A DNA stretch of 63,229 nucleotides, counting the filler, from Reticulomyxa filosa (lineage: Eukaryota; Protista; Foraminifera), in NCBI GenBank assembly GCA_000512085.1. It is 23 parts of 23 records of this genome, joined end to end, with 100 filler letters (N's around TTAATTAATTAA, not from the genome) between each part and the next. Parts side by side here need not be neighbours in the genome. Positions count along the whole stretch, not along the records: positions 12,015 to 13,568 come from ASPP01027522.1; positions 13,669 to 18,822 come from ASPP01000316.1; positions 18,923 to 23,722 come from ASPP01021876.1; positions 23,823 to 28,210 come from ASPP01035252.1; 19 more parts are not named here. One strand, 5' to 3'. How positions within the stretch are numbered: the stretch's first letter is position 1; every line of letters begins with the position of its first letter. Made by a program: the position numbers and the translations under genes. Below, one piece after another: positions 11,915 to 24,526 of this stretch. The notes under the pieces are model-generated. The model was not told where the DNA came from. It searched no databases and saw only the letters and a program-made list of their open reading frames with translations.

Positions 11915-13301
11915 NNNNNNNNNNNNNNNNNNNNNNNNNNNNNNNNNNNNNNNNNNNNTTAATTAATTAANNNNNNNNNNNNNNNNNNNNNNNNNNNNNN
12001 NNNNNNNNNNNNNNATTAAATGAAGATACTGTTGGAACTGTTTTTGGAAAAATTTTAGGTACTGGTCATGAAATAGAGATCGAGTTACAGAAGTAAATAA
12101 AGAATAAATTGTATAATGACCAAGAGAAAATGAAACAGAATGCAAAAGGTGCTGTCAATCAAATGTTATCAACAAAAACATATAATTTAAATAAAAGTTC
12201 AATGGTGTATGATATTAATCCTGATTATCTTGAGAATGAAAATTTTTTCCAGGAGAAAAAGAAGGGAATTCTAAACCAGATCGGAATTCACTTACTGAAA
12301 ATGACTCCAAAAATCGTTCTACGAAAAGTAGTAAAATGGATACTGAAGATAAATGATGATTTTGAAAATTCATTTTCGTGTGGAATGAAAAATAATAACA
12401 GTGACTCCAGAAATACGAATAAGAGAACCATAAAAAAAAGGAAAAGAATAAAAATATTTTATTTGACTTGAGTAAATTTATACGTATGAATATATACGTT
12501 TTCATTAATTTTTATGAAATAACTCTTTTTTTTTTATAATGTCGTCTACTTTAAATCAAATCTACAAATAAAATATGAAAAATGCTTATATATACAATAT
12601 TGATCAGGAAAGATTGGAAGTGAAAGGTTAAATCCCTCTTCTTAATTTGATAATTTGTACAAAGTATAATACAAAAAAATATTGCTCTCTGAGCGATCGT
12701 TCAAGTAAACTAAATTAAAGACAATGAAAACAACAGCAAAACAAGAAGAGAAGTAAGTTGCTAGAGAAGTTTTTGTGAAAAGAGATTTCAAGATGTACAA
12801 CATTTTTTTATTTAAAGAATAACTCTTTTGAAAAAAATGAGGAATTTTACAATCATTCATGCAGTGAATATGCAGAGAGTACCAAATGTAATACGAGAGT
12901 TGTTACTGAATAAGTATTCAAGAAAGAAACAAAAGTATTTAAGTAATAAAGAAAAGAGGTTAAAGAAGAGTGGAGTCCCCTCGTTCAGAGTGGAACTTCT
13001 CCTGTAACTAGTAGGTGTTGTCGTATATCTATAATAATTAAATAATATTTGAAATATCTCATTTGGGAAAATTAAATATCTCTTTTGAAAAAAATGAATA
13101 ATTTTACGACCGTTGTATGATATTTGAAATGTCTCATTTGAGAGAATTAAATGTTTGTTTAAAGGAGTGAAAAAAGGAAATTTTAAGTTTTAAAAAAAGT
13201 TTTTTGTTAAAGGATAGGTATCTTGTCATAATTTTGTAATTGAATAGAACAAAAAAAAGGGAAAAAGTTTTTGTTGTTTTTTAAGAAAATAATTTTAAAA
13301 A

Positions 13302-13568
13302 ATGGCAAAAAAAGCAGACGATTCGAACTCAAGTGAACATGATACACTTGTTGAACAATGGAAAATAAAAAATTTAATAAAACATTTGCCACAAGCACGG
13401 GGAAACGGAACATCAATGATATCAAAAGATCAAATATCAAGGGTACAAAAAATGTTACAAGATGGATATGGGACAGCATCACACATAAAATCAAGAGTAA
13501 ACAGTTTGTCAGTATTATCGGCAATAACAAGCGCAAGAGAAAGATTAAAATTGTATAATAAAGTACCT
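13302..13568 (+). CDS. eRF1: Eukaryotic release factor 1 N-terminal domain, divergent or possibly pseudogenic, 3'-truncated by contig end
   Basis: [11 protein letters not shown]...[50 protein letters not shown]. Lacks the conserved LIIPP. Confidence 0.9.
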
Positions 13569-13719
13569 NNNNNNNNNNNNNNNNNNNNNNNNNNNNNNNN
13601 NNNNNNNNNNNNTTAATTAATTAANNNNNNNNNNNNNNNNNNNNNNNNNNNNNNNNNNNNNNNNNNNNTTTTTAAAAATTGTTTACACATGCAAATACCT
13701 TTTTCATAATTATTGTTAC

Positions 13720-14140
13720 TCAACATATTCAATGAACACTGATTATATGTATATTATTGATTTTTCAACATTTAGTGATGATTAATTTATTTGTTTTGGA
13801 TCAATTGAAAAAGTTGTTCGTATATTTGATATTGAAACAATAAAATAATCTATTGTATTCAAAAAAATGAAAGTTTTGAATAGTGTAAAATATAGATCAA
13901 ATAAATTTAAAATGATTTGTGCAAATGCAACATTATCTGAATCAATTGATAAAAGTATTCGTTTTTTGGGTAGTTGAGTTAGTCAACAAATTCTAGTGTT
14001 CAATGGACATTCACATTTGGTGAGTACCTTTGAGTATTCACCATTTGTAGTATAGCAAAGCGAATTTGATGGAAGTTCAAATGTAATATGATATGGATCA
14101 AGAGATAATACAGTTCGTTTTTAGTACATTCGATCAATCA
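13720..14140 (+). pseudogene. Decayed WD40-repeat gene of the same family as 25353-26666
   Basis: IDFSTFSDD*FICFGSIEKVVRIFDIETIK*SIVF...QILVFNGHSHLVSTFEYSPFVV*...SNVI*YGSRDNTVRF* with many in-frame stops. Confidence 0.8.
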
Positions 14141-17100
14141 CTATAATAAGATCTTCAATAATTTGGCTCAATTAATGCTTTGTTTCAAATTGAAATTTTA
14201 GTTTTTAATTTTATCTTTTTCTACACATTGATCTAGTTACCCATTTGATCACATATACTTATATGTATATATATTTTGTTGTGTTTATTTATGAATTTGA
14301 ACTCTAAATTAGTTATTGTAATCGCGAATATAGTAAATATATAATTGGTATAATCGAAGAGATTTTGTCGAGTATTAACCTGAATAAAAGTTTGAAAAAT
14401 GTGATTATTGGATAAGCACTTCTTGGAGATCGCTACGTGCTTAATAACGTGCAGTCTTTGCGCTGGTGCCAGTTGCTACGTGCTTTGTTTTACAAATCCA
14501 ATCATATTCAATATCTGGCTTGTACGTCATCAAAATGACGAAAAGTTGTTGAAATTGTTGCTCCAAAATCAATTTAAGTTATACTTCAATGACGGGCTCA
14601 TCCCCTTAATCAAGATGTTATGTTCTCACTGGAGTCGATCATTTTTTATCTTCTCCAATCTAATTTTTTGTTCACTACAATCTGTCGACGTTTAAATAAA
14701 ACTCAAAGGAAAAGAGGATAGTGTAGCAAGTGGAAATAGTTGTGCAAATGTTTATGTAATTATTGTATGTGTGATAGACGAAACTTAAGTTCTTTTTTAA
14801 TGGTAATGGTAAAATTTGTTTTTTTGTTTGTTTTTTAGAAAAAATATTGAAGAATAACTTTCATCTATTCAATCAAAACATTGTCAACTCAGAAAAAGGT
14901 TTGTTATTTTGTGAAACATAACAACACTTTAGGCATAAACATTACATTTCAAAAAAAGGTATTTTTGTTTGGATGCACTTTTGTGACGCTGTCTTGTTTA
15001 TTATGCAATAACTTTACAAATGTTTTTTATTGTGAAATTATCACATATATGCTTCAGCTAACAAATAACTTCAAGAAAATATTTTATCATATTATTATTC
15101 TGGATACAAAAAATCTTTTTGAAAAACAAATTAACTTGAAAAGAATATAAAATTTAATGCATTATATTTGATCATCAATTGGAATAAAAATAAATGAAAT
15201 TTCATTGACTTCGTCAATAATATTTTCCACATCTATATATCAGGGTCCCCCCCCCCAAAATAATCACATGTATAACACTTTTTATAATGTTATTTTTTTA
15301 AAAAAATATAACTTGTCATGTTTGCATAAAAAACGTATTATTTGTGCTTACAAAAATAGTTGATAACTCAATTTTAGCTAATTTGGTCACTATACATTTA
15401 TATTTGTAAATCGCATTATCTCTTAATCATGAAGCGGCCACTAAGGCTGTTATTCAAGCATTTCAATACATTTTGAAAATTGATTTAGTTGTTTGTAATA
15501 TATTCTTGATACATGTGCTTGTTATCTTGTATCCTTTTTCAAAAAACAAAGCAAACTCAGCTTAAAAATTATTTTGTTTATGTTTACAAAGAAAAACCTT
15601 CCATATTTTGATAATTTCGCAAAAAAAAAGACAAACTAAATAGAGTCAATATCTTATTACTTCGATCCCTTTCAAAAGTCTAGTGTTTTGCCCACTCCAC
15701 TTTCTACGTAAATACAAACTCTTAGTTTGTGGATATCTTCAAAAAGAGACTGTTATTCTTATCATACACTTAAAAACGATACATTTTTTCTGTAAGTAGC
15801 CAAATGGTATTTATTTAAATGGACACTGCATAGTGAAATTTTGTAGATAATAAATTAAGACACTTTAAAATAAAAAATTGCCCCCAAAAAATCTACCAAG
15901 AAAGCTTGGTACGAATTGGAGAATCTAAAAAAACTAGGTGAGAACAAAGAATATTTTTTCGTAATTTGATTATTTGAAACGCTGTTCGGTGCATACAATA
16001 ATGAAAAAATAAAAAAGATTTAGCAGTTGCTAACGCATGTTATCTGTTTGTGTGTAAAAAAATAAACGCAAGAAAAGGAACGGCCAAAGACTCCTTTTTT
16101 TTAAAAATAGAACAGATTATTGGCCAATTCAAAAAAAAATTTAAATAGCACACAAAAAATTCTTGTCGGTTCTGAAAAATGTTTTTACACGAGTTTTTTT
16201 TGAAAAAAATTTCCGTTTTTTTGTGGAAGCGAAAATGCTGTGAATTGATCAAAGGATACTTTTTCTAATTTGTCATTACGACAAAGACAGATTTTCTTAA
16301 CAATTGCAATCAAACATGAATCAAAGTAACAATGAATGAAAAATGTCAAAATAATTTGGAAAGCAAAACAAACATTATTTAACTTCAAAACGATAAAAAA
16401 GAAGGAAATTTGACACTGATAATGAAACAAAGAGACATTTATTAAAAAATAACAAATAATGAATAACATTTGAAATAGTGGCTGTTATTTAAAACAAATA
16501 TCATACTTTTTCTTCATTACAAAAAAGTATTTTACATTGCAATAAATTGTTCAAACAAAAACTTGAATTGATATCTTTTTCGAATGATCATGTCGCGCCA
16601 CTACTTTTTAAAAACTACTTAAAGAAATTGAGCAACATTAAAAACATGTAATCGAACTACAACATAGAAACCTGTCCGTATTCATAATTATCAGTATTTA
16701 TGTTAATGTCAGTATTTGTACTAATGTCTGTGTTTGTGCTAACGTTTGTTCCAGTGTTGATTTTTGTATTTGTAATTTTGTTCTTTTTTTGTTGGTGTTC
16801 GTGACTGTGTCAATCTTCGTGTTTCTGTGTGCTCACGTTCATATTTGTTATATTTGTGTTCATGTTCATGTCTTTTTGTATTTATTCTTCGTATTCATAT
16901 TAGTCTATTCTAATATTAGTGTTTATTATATTTGTTGCCGACATTAGTTGCCTTTGTTTTTGTATTTGCCTTTACGTTTACCTTTGTTCACTTTCCGTTC
17001 CTTTAGTTTTTATTGGCGCAAATTTTCAAGTCAACTCCACAAAACGATGAAGCATTTTACTTTCTATTTGTTCCTTGTTCGCTGCTGATTTTTTTTTGAT

Positions 17101-19004
17101 TGAATGAGAATCAAACGTTTTATTTTTTTTTTCTGAAGTGTCAAAACAAAAACTTGATTGTTTAAATAAAATATTTATTTAAACGTTGAAAATTTAATTT
17201 TAAAATTTTAATATATTAAATGATTTAAAGAAAAAGATATTTACACTATCACAATGGTCTTGACATGAAAGTTGAATGTTGTTTTGTTTTGCAAATGTGA
17301 AGCGGCAGAATATTTGTTGACGACGAACACTTTGCTCGTTCATTGATTTATTCCATGTTCTACAATACGAGCACTTTATCAGTTTTCGGCTTGTGCATTC
17401 ATATATTTATGTATATGTATACATATACTTTGCCTAATCAAATGAGTAACCATTATTTTGTCTAACTGATGGAAAGATTTTTTAAAAAACGCTCTGACGC
17501 TGTCCCAAATCTCTATTCTGTATGTAAAGAAGTACCACTTGCTGTATAAAAAATTATATTCGACAACATTTTCAAGAAATTGAAAAATGGTGAAGGACTT
17601 AATTTAACATATTTTTATCACTAACGCACCTTCATAATTGTTAAAGTCAAACAATTTTCTATCACTCACATATTTGTTATTATATATTTATATATTCTTT
17701 GCTTCTCCATTTTGTGGAAAAAGATGGAAAAATAAGACCGAATATGTTTTATGTTCCAAAAAATATAATTTTCAAAATATTTTGCTTTGTAGGTATACAA
17801 TATAAATTATAATTTACAAATGTTTTCACATTTCAATGTGCAGTTCATTTGTATATCATCATAATGAGATATATTATGAATCATTTATTTTATCATATTT
17901 GTAAAATCTGTCTCTTGAATAGATTGTCCCAACAAAGAAGGATACAGTAGATGAATTTCAATGCATAGAGGTTGATTTTTTTTGTCAACAAGCATAATCA
18001 AAAATCTATAAGCCATGTCATCTTTAAATATTGTTTTGATTTATATAAATTTTTAAAAATTGACAGGTCTATATCATAATTAATTACATCAAGAACCATC
18101 AATTTCTTACTAGATTGAGCTTGTTGTATCTCAAATTATTATTCAAAATAATGCTTTTGTTATTTTACATGTCCAAGTGATGCAAATGAAGGATATATTC
18201 GTTTTGCACACAGCTACAACATAGATAGAGTTATCTTAAGATGAACTATTCCTAAGATATTAAAGAATTTCTTTATCTGATTGCATTTTTTGAATTATCG
18301 ATCATTCATATCTTGCTCAGGAGAAAATGTTGTTTTTGATAATGTAATCTGTTATCCTTTTTACTTCATCCTGTTTTAAGTATTCGATGCTATACAATAA
18401 ACAATAGCAATAGATATAAAAAAAACAATTTAAAAAAATTAGTAGTGATTTACAATGAATAAAACACATACTTAGATTATTTTGCAATTTACTTTGATTT
18501 GAATACAATTTTTATTAATTATATTTTTTAATTCTTTAAAAAACATTAACTCATGTTTTTCAATTTTTAAAACAACAAAGCGAGATAGCATATCTTTCAG
18601 TGACTCGATCAATCAAATAAAACAAGTTTAATATCACCTTACTTTTTTTAAAATCAAACTTTTCAAACAAAAACACTTTCATTTCTTATTCGACAAAAAA
18701 GTCATTATCCCCAAATACGAATATGATTGCCTGAACAATAACACAAATTCAAATCATATGTAACATTCTTTGTCTTACCTTTCTTTTTCAATACAATAAA
18801 TTTAAGACAATATATTCCATTANNNNNNNNNNNNNNNNNNNNNNNNNNNNNNNNNNNNNNNNNNNNTTAATTAATTAANNNNNNNNNNNNNNNNNNNNNN
18901 NNNNNNNNNNNNNNNNNNNNNNAAAAAAAAAAAAAAAACGGGGGGGGGGGGGGGAGGGAACGGGGAAACGCGGGGGAAAAAAATAAAATAAAAAATTAAC
19001 CTAT

Positions 19005-20100
19005 TATATGTACACAACCATATTCGATTGAAAACAAAAGTATAGCTGAGAGCGACGCTCATGGCAGCAAAGCCGACACAAAGGACGAGATGTAGTTTGC
19101 AATAGCAATAGAGACATAAGGTGAGAGTAGTGCACACGCTATTAACAATGCTGCCAAGGCCAACGTGAAGAACGGATTGGAGGGAATGAGTGGTCATGTC
19201 GACAACGTGTCTGGCATTATTATTATTATTATTATTATTATTGTTGTTATTGTTGTTATTGTTGTTATTGCTTTGTGAGTGTTGCAATGGCAATGAGGCA
19301 AATAAGGACGACTCTTGACATCGCTTGTACAGTTGGTACATAAAGGCGATCGAGTAACATAGATTCCAACCTAAAAAAAACACGGCGACAACGGATGACC
19401 ACCACCACGCACACAGCTGAAGCAAGCTCGCAATTACGTAGTTGATCACAAATAATCCCACCCATAAAAATAGTGGAAATATAATCATGTGACGCTCGTT
19501 CGTTGGACGGTGTACATTTCGATGGCTCGCTTTGTCCGCACAGTAATTCAACAACATTAAGTACTTCATTGCCCAACTTTTTTTTCATGACCACTTATCA
19601 ACTGGTCGCGACTTATCACAAAGTATAGTTCCATTTCTTGCAACGTTATCAATAAGTGTACGTAAATCTCATTTGTTTGTACATTGTCTTGAAAGGTTGT
19701 TCACACAAGTTTTTTTTTTTTTAAAAAAAAAAATTTATGAAATGTATACGTAATGTTGCATCAACAAAAAAAAAAAAAAAAAAAAAAACAAACCCACAAA
19801 CTAACCAAGAGAATCATATTCATGATGCATAATCATATCCATCAACACGCTCAATGAAATTGAACAACATGCCACTAAATATACCAAACCGAAAACGGGA
19901 AAATATCCCTTTATGTATGGCCGCTTTGCGACGCCACAAACTGCTGCTGATGGTTCAATTACGGTAGGATCGCTTTCGTTGATGTCCCTTTTGTAGAAAC
20001 GGCATTGGAAATGATTATAAAAGTGCATGACGAGGATCAAAAGCTGCAGGCAAACACAGCACGACGCGATTATCAATTGTGCCACTGACGACAGGAACAT
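19005..20100 (-). CDS. Multi-pass membrane protein (possibly 7TM), at least 2 exons, with poly-Asn loop
   Basis: Several hydrophobic helices across ORFs 19801-20100 and 18871-19569, separated by an intron-like poly-T tract. Confidence 0.5.
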
Positions 20101-20465
20101 TGCACGGGTCTAGTGCGAGTTAGAGAGGAAAAGGGGCGACACAAAAAAAAAAAAAAAAAGGAGATATATGCAACGTTCAACATCTTACAAAAAAATCTTC
20201 TCATTTTTGGTGTAATACTTGTTTTTTTTTTTTACTTCCAGGTTCTTTTTTTTTTATAATGATAAATAAAAAAAAGGGAGAAAGAACTCCACATGCAATA
20301 TGCTAAGAAAAGTTACTTTTTTTTGAGCATACGTTCAAAAAAATATAAAAATTTGGAAACAACAAACATTGTGGGCAATGCCAATTCAAAAGATATGAAT
20401 TATTTTAACAAAAAAAAAAAAAATGTAAATAAATTTAGTTTAAATAAATAAATAAAAAAAGGTAT

Positions 20466-23350
20466 TTACTTACAATAAGGACAAACAATTTGATGAATGG
20501 ACAAAATATGTTTGCATTTGTTACACTTCCATTCGCACGTGCTGGAGGCGGTGTGACTTTTGGTATGTTGTTTTTTGGTGCGTGTCTGTGTGAAATGGTG
20601 ATGATTCGTGGTGGCATAGTCCAAAGAGGAGGCAGTGGCAAAAGTACTTTGCATATCCCCGTTGGCAGAGCCAAGAGAAAGCAGTCCACATACAGCGCAC
20701 TTGACATTGTGAGAGGCATTGACAAAGGTGCATTCCTGGCAAGTCCACTTTTCATTATCTATCATTTGGAGTGGCGACGTTTTTGCATGTTTGCAAACAA
20801 TGCAAGCCAATGCCAAAGGGTCCCAATTGTGGTACGAGCACTTATGACACGTCCATCCCTTATATGGCGATGCTAATGATAATGACAATGACAATGACAA
20901 TGTCTTTTTCCATTCATTATCACCCACGTCCTCTCCATTACGCTGGTTTTTCGATATGGACATGACACCCAACAGCTTATCCACTTCATTTAAATTCGAG
21001 TAATGACTTTGACTTTGACTTTGATTTTGGTGGGACTTATCGTCAGCTCGACTCTGACGTTTCACTTTTGGAGTGGTCCATACCGCGTCGTCATGCTGCA
21101 CTGAGCTAGGCCCCTTTTTGTCATCCTTGTCATGCAAAGCATCACGCAATTTGTGAATCTCATCCCACTCCTCCGAGTGCAATTCATAGATTAAGCCTCT
21201 TTTTTTATCGGCGGTCATTGCATTCGTCGACATTGTAGTCTCTTGTCTTTTTCTGCTCCTTTGTCTTGTCGTTCCATCTTCCGCACTTTCCATGTCCACC
21301 ACCTGTTTGCTTTTTGTTTTCTTCAATTTCTTCATTAATGTTTTCAGTTCTTCTTGTTGTCTCTGTTTATCCTTTTTTTTTCCCCATGTTGTGCATGTTG
21401 TGCATGTTGTGCATGTTATAAATGCAATTCAATCCTTTTTTTTTTTTAAACTTCAAATTGATAGCACAAGTCAGGATACAAGTGCTTCATCAAATCGATG
21501 GGGTACACACGCTCCCATTTCACCTCTTCATTTTCATTGCAAATGGACTTTAAGTGGAAAAAAAAAAAAAAAAAAAAAACAAAAAGCACTTGGGGATACA
21601 ACCATACGTATAATAATAATAATAAAAAGTACTTTGAATCTCGGTTGAATTGCATTTCCATTCGACTTCGTACATTGGCACTTTGTTCTTGGTTCTCTCT
21701 TTGACAATATGCATAATTCGCAATTGCTTATCCGAAATAAACTGGTGTGCGTACATATCAAACATCATATCAAGTCCGTGCTTGTCTATGGCTTTTGCGT
21801 CTATTTGCAAATACTTGCTTCCAAATTCGCGTAGTTTTATCAAGTCTGGTAACTTCCAATTCAACCACTTCTTTTCAAACCTATTTATTAAAAAAGAGGT
21901 ACGTATATGTACATATATATATATATAACAACAACAGAAAATAAAACAAAACAAAACAAAGAGGAGGAGCCTGGTTTGAGTTTTGCGGCATCATTTGGAC
22001 TAAAAAGAGGGTTTAGATATGCGTCAATGATATCGGAAAATGCTTGTGGATCACTATGATACGTCAATCTCACGTTTTCAACAAGCTTTTGAACCAATGT
22101 TTTTTTGTTTGTTTTGGAAGAAGCGTTTGCTTTGCCAAAGGTGTCCAGAGAATACGTCCCAATTAGTGCATCCATTTCTTGTTCGGACATGCCCACCCAA
22201 TATCGCATGTGCTCCAGCCACTTGTCTTCATTAAAGAGAGGATTTCCATACTGTTTTACCGCGCGTTCCATCAATTGGACCACACGCTTGTATCCCACTC
22301 CCTTCACTCCCTCCGCGTAGTCGGATCCTAATAGCAATCCCAAACATATCATTTTTGACTGGTCCAAACGTAGCGTCTTTCTTTCCAAACAGTGAACCCC
22401 CCCCCAATCAACAAAACAAAACTAATTTCATTCCCCTCGCCCTCCACTCTTTTTCTTACACACACACACACAAAAAATAATGTTACTTCTCTTGCACTTT
22501 TGTTGTTGTTTTTAAAAAAAAAAAAATACAATACAAATTTGTAACTGAATGTTCTGAATAGAACATTGTGAAATGGTCAAATTTTTTTTTGATAGTTGCG
22601 ATAAACGACATTTGCTCCAAACAAAAAGGCTAAATTATATATACATATATACATATATGTATATATATTATATATATTCATATATATGTGTGTATAAGAA
22701 AAGCTGCAAACCATCTCCGTCCGACGTTAGGACACCATCCACCAATCCATTTTTACTGAGCAATCCACAGAAAGCTTCAGCTTCACCAAGATCTAAATTG
22801 ACATACGGGAGCCCCAAGATATCCAACATCACTACTAACTCGTTGCACTCTCGGCGAAAGTAGCTGTTGTACTTTTTACCTAATTGCCTTTTCTCCAGCG
22901 ATCCGAGCACTCCTCGTTGCTTTAATGTTTCAAATTTTTGAGGGGGTGGTGCACCGTCCAGAATCATTACACATCGCACTCCAAGTGACAACAGGTGTTT
23001 GATGCGGAACAAAATGTTTCTATGTTCACACGTTTTCCTGCCAAAGCAAAATTATTCACATCCTCTCTCTTTTTTTTTTTTTCCCAAAAAAAAAATTTTA
23101 AAAAGCCGAACAAAGTCTTGTTCTCCCTTTTTTCTTTCTTTTCTCTGGAACTTCTTTAAAAAACAGGCAGCTACCTAAGATGGGGCCGAAAACTTTGGTC
23201 AGCAAACTTTGCGCGTTCCACCGCTGTGTCCGCTTCAACAATCCAGTAACTCGAATCGACAGCGAGGACCTTACCTCTCATTTTCTCCCACGAAAGTGGT
23301 GTCTCTTCTAGGAGCCCTTCGATTAACTTCCACAAATCTTTTACACCCAT
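20466..23350 (-). CDS. GEN1: GEN1-like XPG/Rad2-family Holliday junction resolvase with chromodomain and three C-terminal RanBP2-type zinc fingers, multi-exon
   Basis: MGVKDLW..LAVDSSYWIVE..RPHLR-NILFR; DGAPP; GEAEAFC..VDGVLTSDGDAFLFGA; LLLGSDYAEGVKGVG; chromodomain-like IMHIVKERTKNKVPMYEVEW..LMKHLYPDLCYQFE; three W-x-C-x2-C...C-x2-C fingers. Confidence 0.88.
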
Positions 23351-23822
23351 TCTTCTCTTTTTCACGAACAAAACCCCACTAAAAAAAAAGTAAAGGAGAA
23401 CGTTTGCTGGTTTTTTTGTTTTCTTCACAATAGTAGAACTTTTTTGCGCTGTGCTTGCCGGTAATCTTGGCCAAAAAGGTCTTAACCTCTTTTAGACAAT
23501 ATACTTAGCTTCAATTGCAAAAAGAGTTTATACTTTTGTCTAGAACAAGTGTATTTCCATTTTAATAAAACGATAGCATACAAAAAACTTATTACTTGTT
23601 CTGAATAACAATAAAGCGACGCATTTAAAATAAATTTTAAATTAATGTTTGCAATTTTAAATTTGTAATTTATTGTAAAAGGTTTATGTACACAACATGG
23701 TGTAGTACTCATGATGTCGTAANNNNNNNNNNNNNNNNNNNNNNNNNNNNNNNNNNNNNNNNNNNNTTAATTAATTAANNNNNNNNNNNNNNNNNNNNNN
23801 NNNNNNNNNNNNNNNNNNNNNN

Positions 23823-23999
23823 GTGATTTCATCCAACAAAAAAAAGTTATTAAAAAACCGATATCATATTTAAAAACTACAAGATTTGTAGATATTTTTT
23901 TTAAAAAAAATTAGGTCTAAATGTTGATTTTTCATGAAGAAAATCAATTATCATCATAAGATATTGTTTTAGTCGTTCAGTTTTCTTTGCAACCTACTG
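23823..23999 (-). mobile_element. End of Tc1/mariner-like element (terminal repeat CAGTAGGTTGCAAAGAAAACTG, flanked by TA)
   Basis: Reverse complement aligns over ~90 bp with 61970-62060 and is identical to 43139-43160 over 22 bp; each is preceded by TA. Confidence 0.7.
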
Positions 24000-24234
24000 T
24001 AATACAAAAAGCATAAAAAAAAATGCACCCAAAAAAACAATAAAAAAAATTAAAATTTCATAAAATAAACTTCCAAAAAGTTATAAAAATGTAAAAAACC
24101 AAACTTGCAAAGAAAAATAAAAAAATCAATAAGCAAAATAATAATGTTGTAAAAAATAATTTAAATGTTTGTAATTGCAAAAAATTGTGGAAAAAAATGA
24201 ATGCATTTTGAAACCAAAAAAAATTTGAAATTTT

Positions 24235-24260
24235 GGTGTCAAGACTTTTGTCACCACCTG
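24235..24260 (-). mobile_element. Possible second Tc1-like terminus (TA|CAGGTGGTGACAAAAGTCTTGAC)
   Basis: TA followed by CAG start and Tc1-like terminal composition; only one copy in the window. Confidence 0.35.
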
Positions 24261-24526
24261 TAACTTCATATTCTTCATGATTGAAAATGAAGTCTAGTGT
24301 TCAATAGCTTACAAAAATGTTCACAAATTGTTTTCGTAAATATTGTGACATTTTTATTTTGTGTTGAAACTATTTTTAATAATTATCTAAATGAGAAAAC
24401 AATATTAAATAATTGCCTCAATGTGAAAGAAAGTAGCTGTTTCATGAAGTAGGTTTTTTGTATCCCTTTTTTTAAACGGAACTCTTTAGACACAAAAAAA
24501 AACTTTATATTTATTAACGGAAGGTC

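Noticed and set aside
14200-18822. Short ORFs in AT-rich stretches (also 5200-6400, 46018-47000, 60331-61960)
   Set aside because: No recognisable motifs; intergenic or too decayed to assign.
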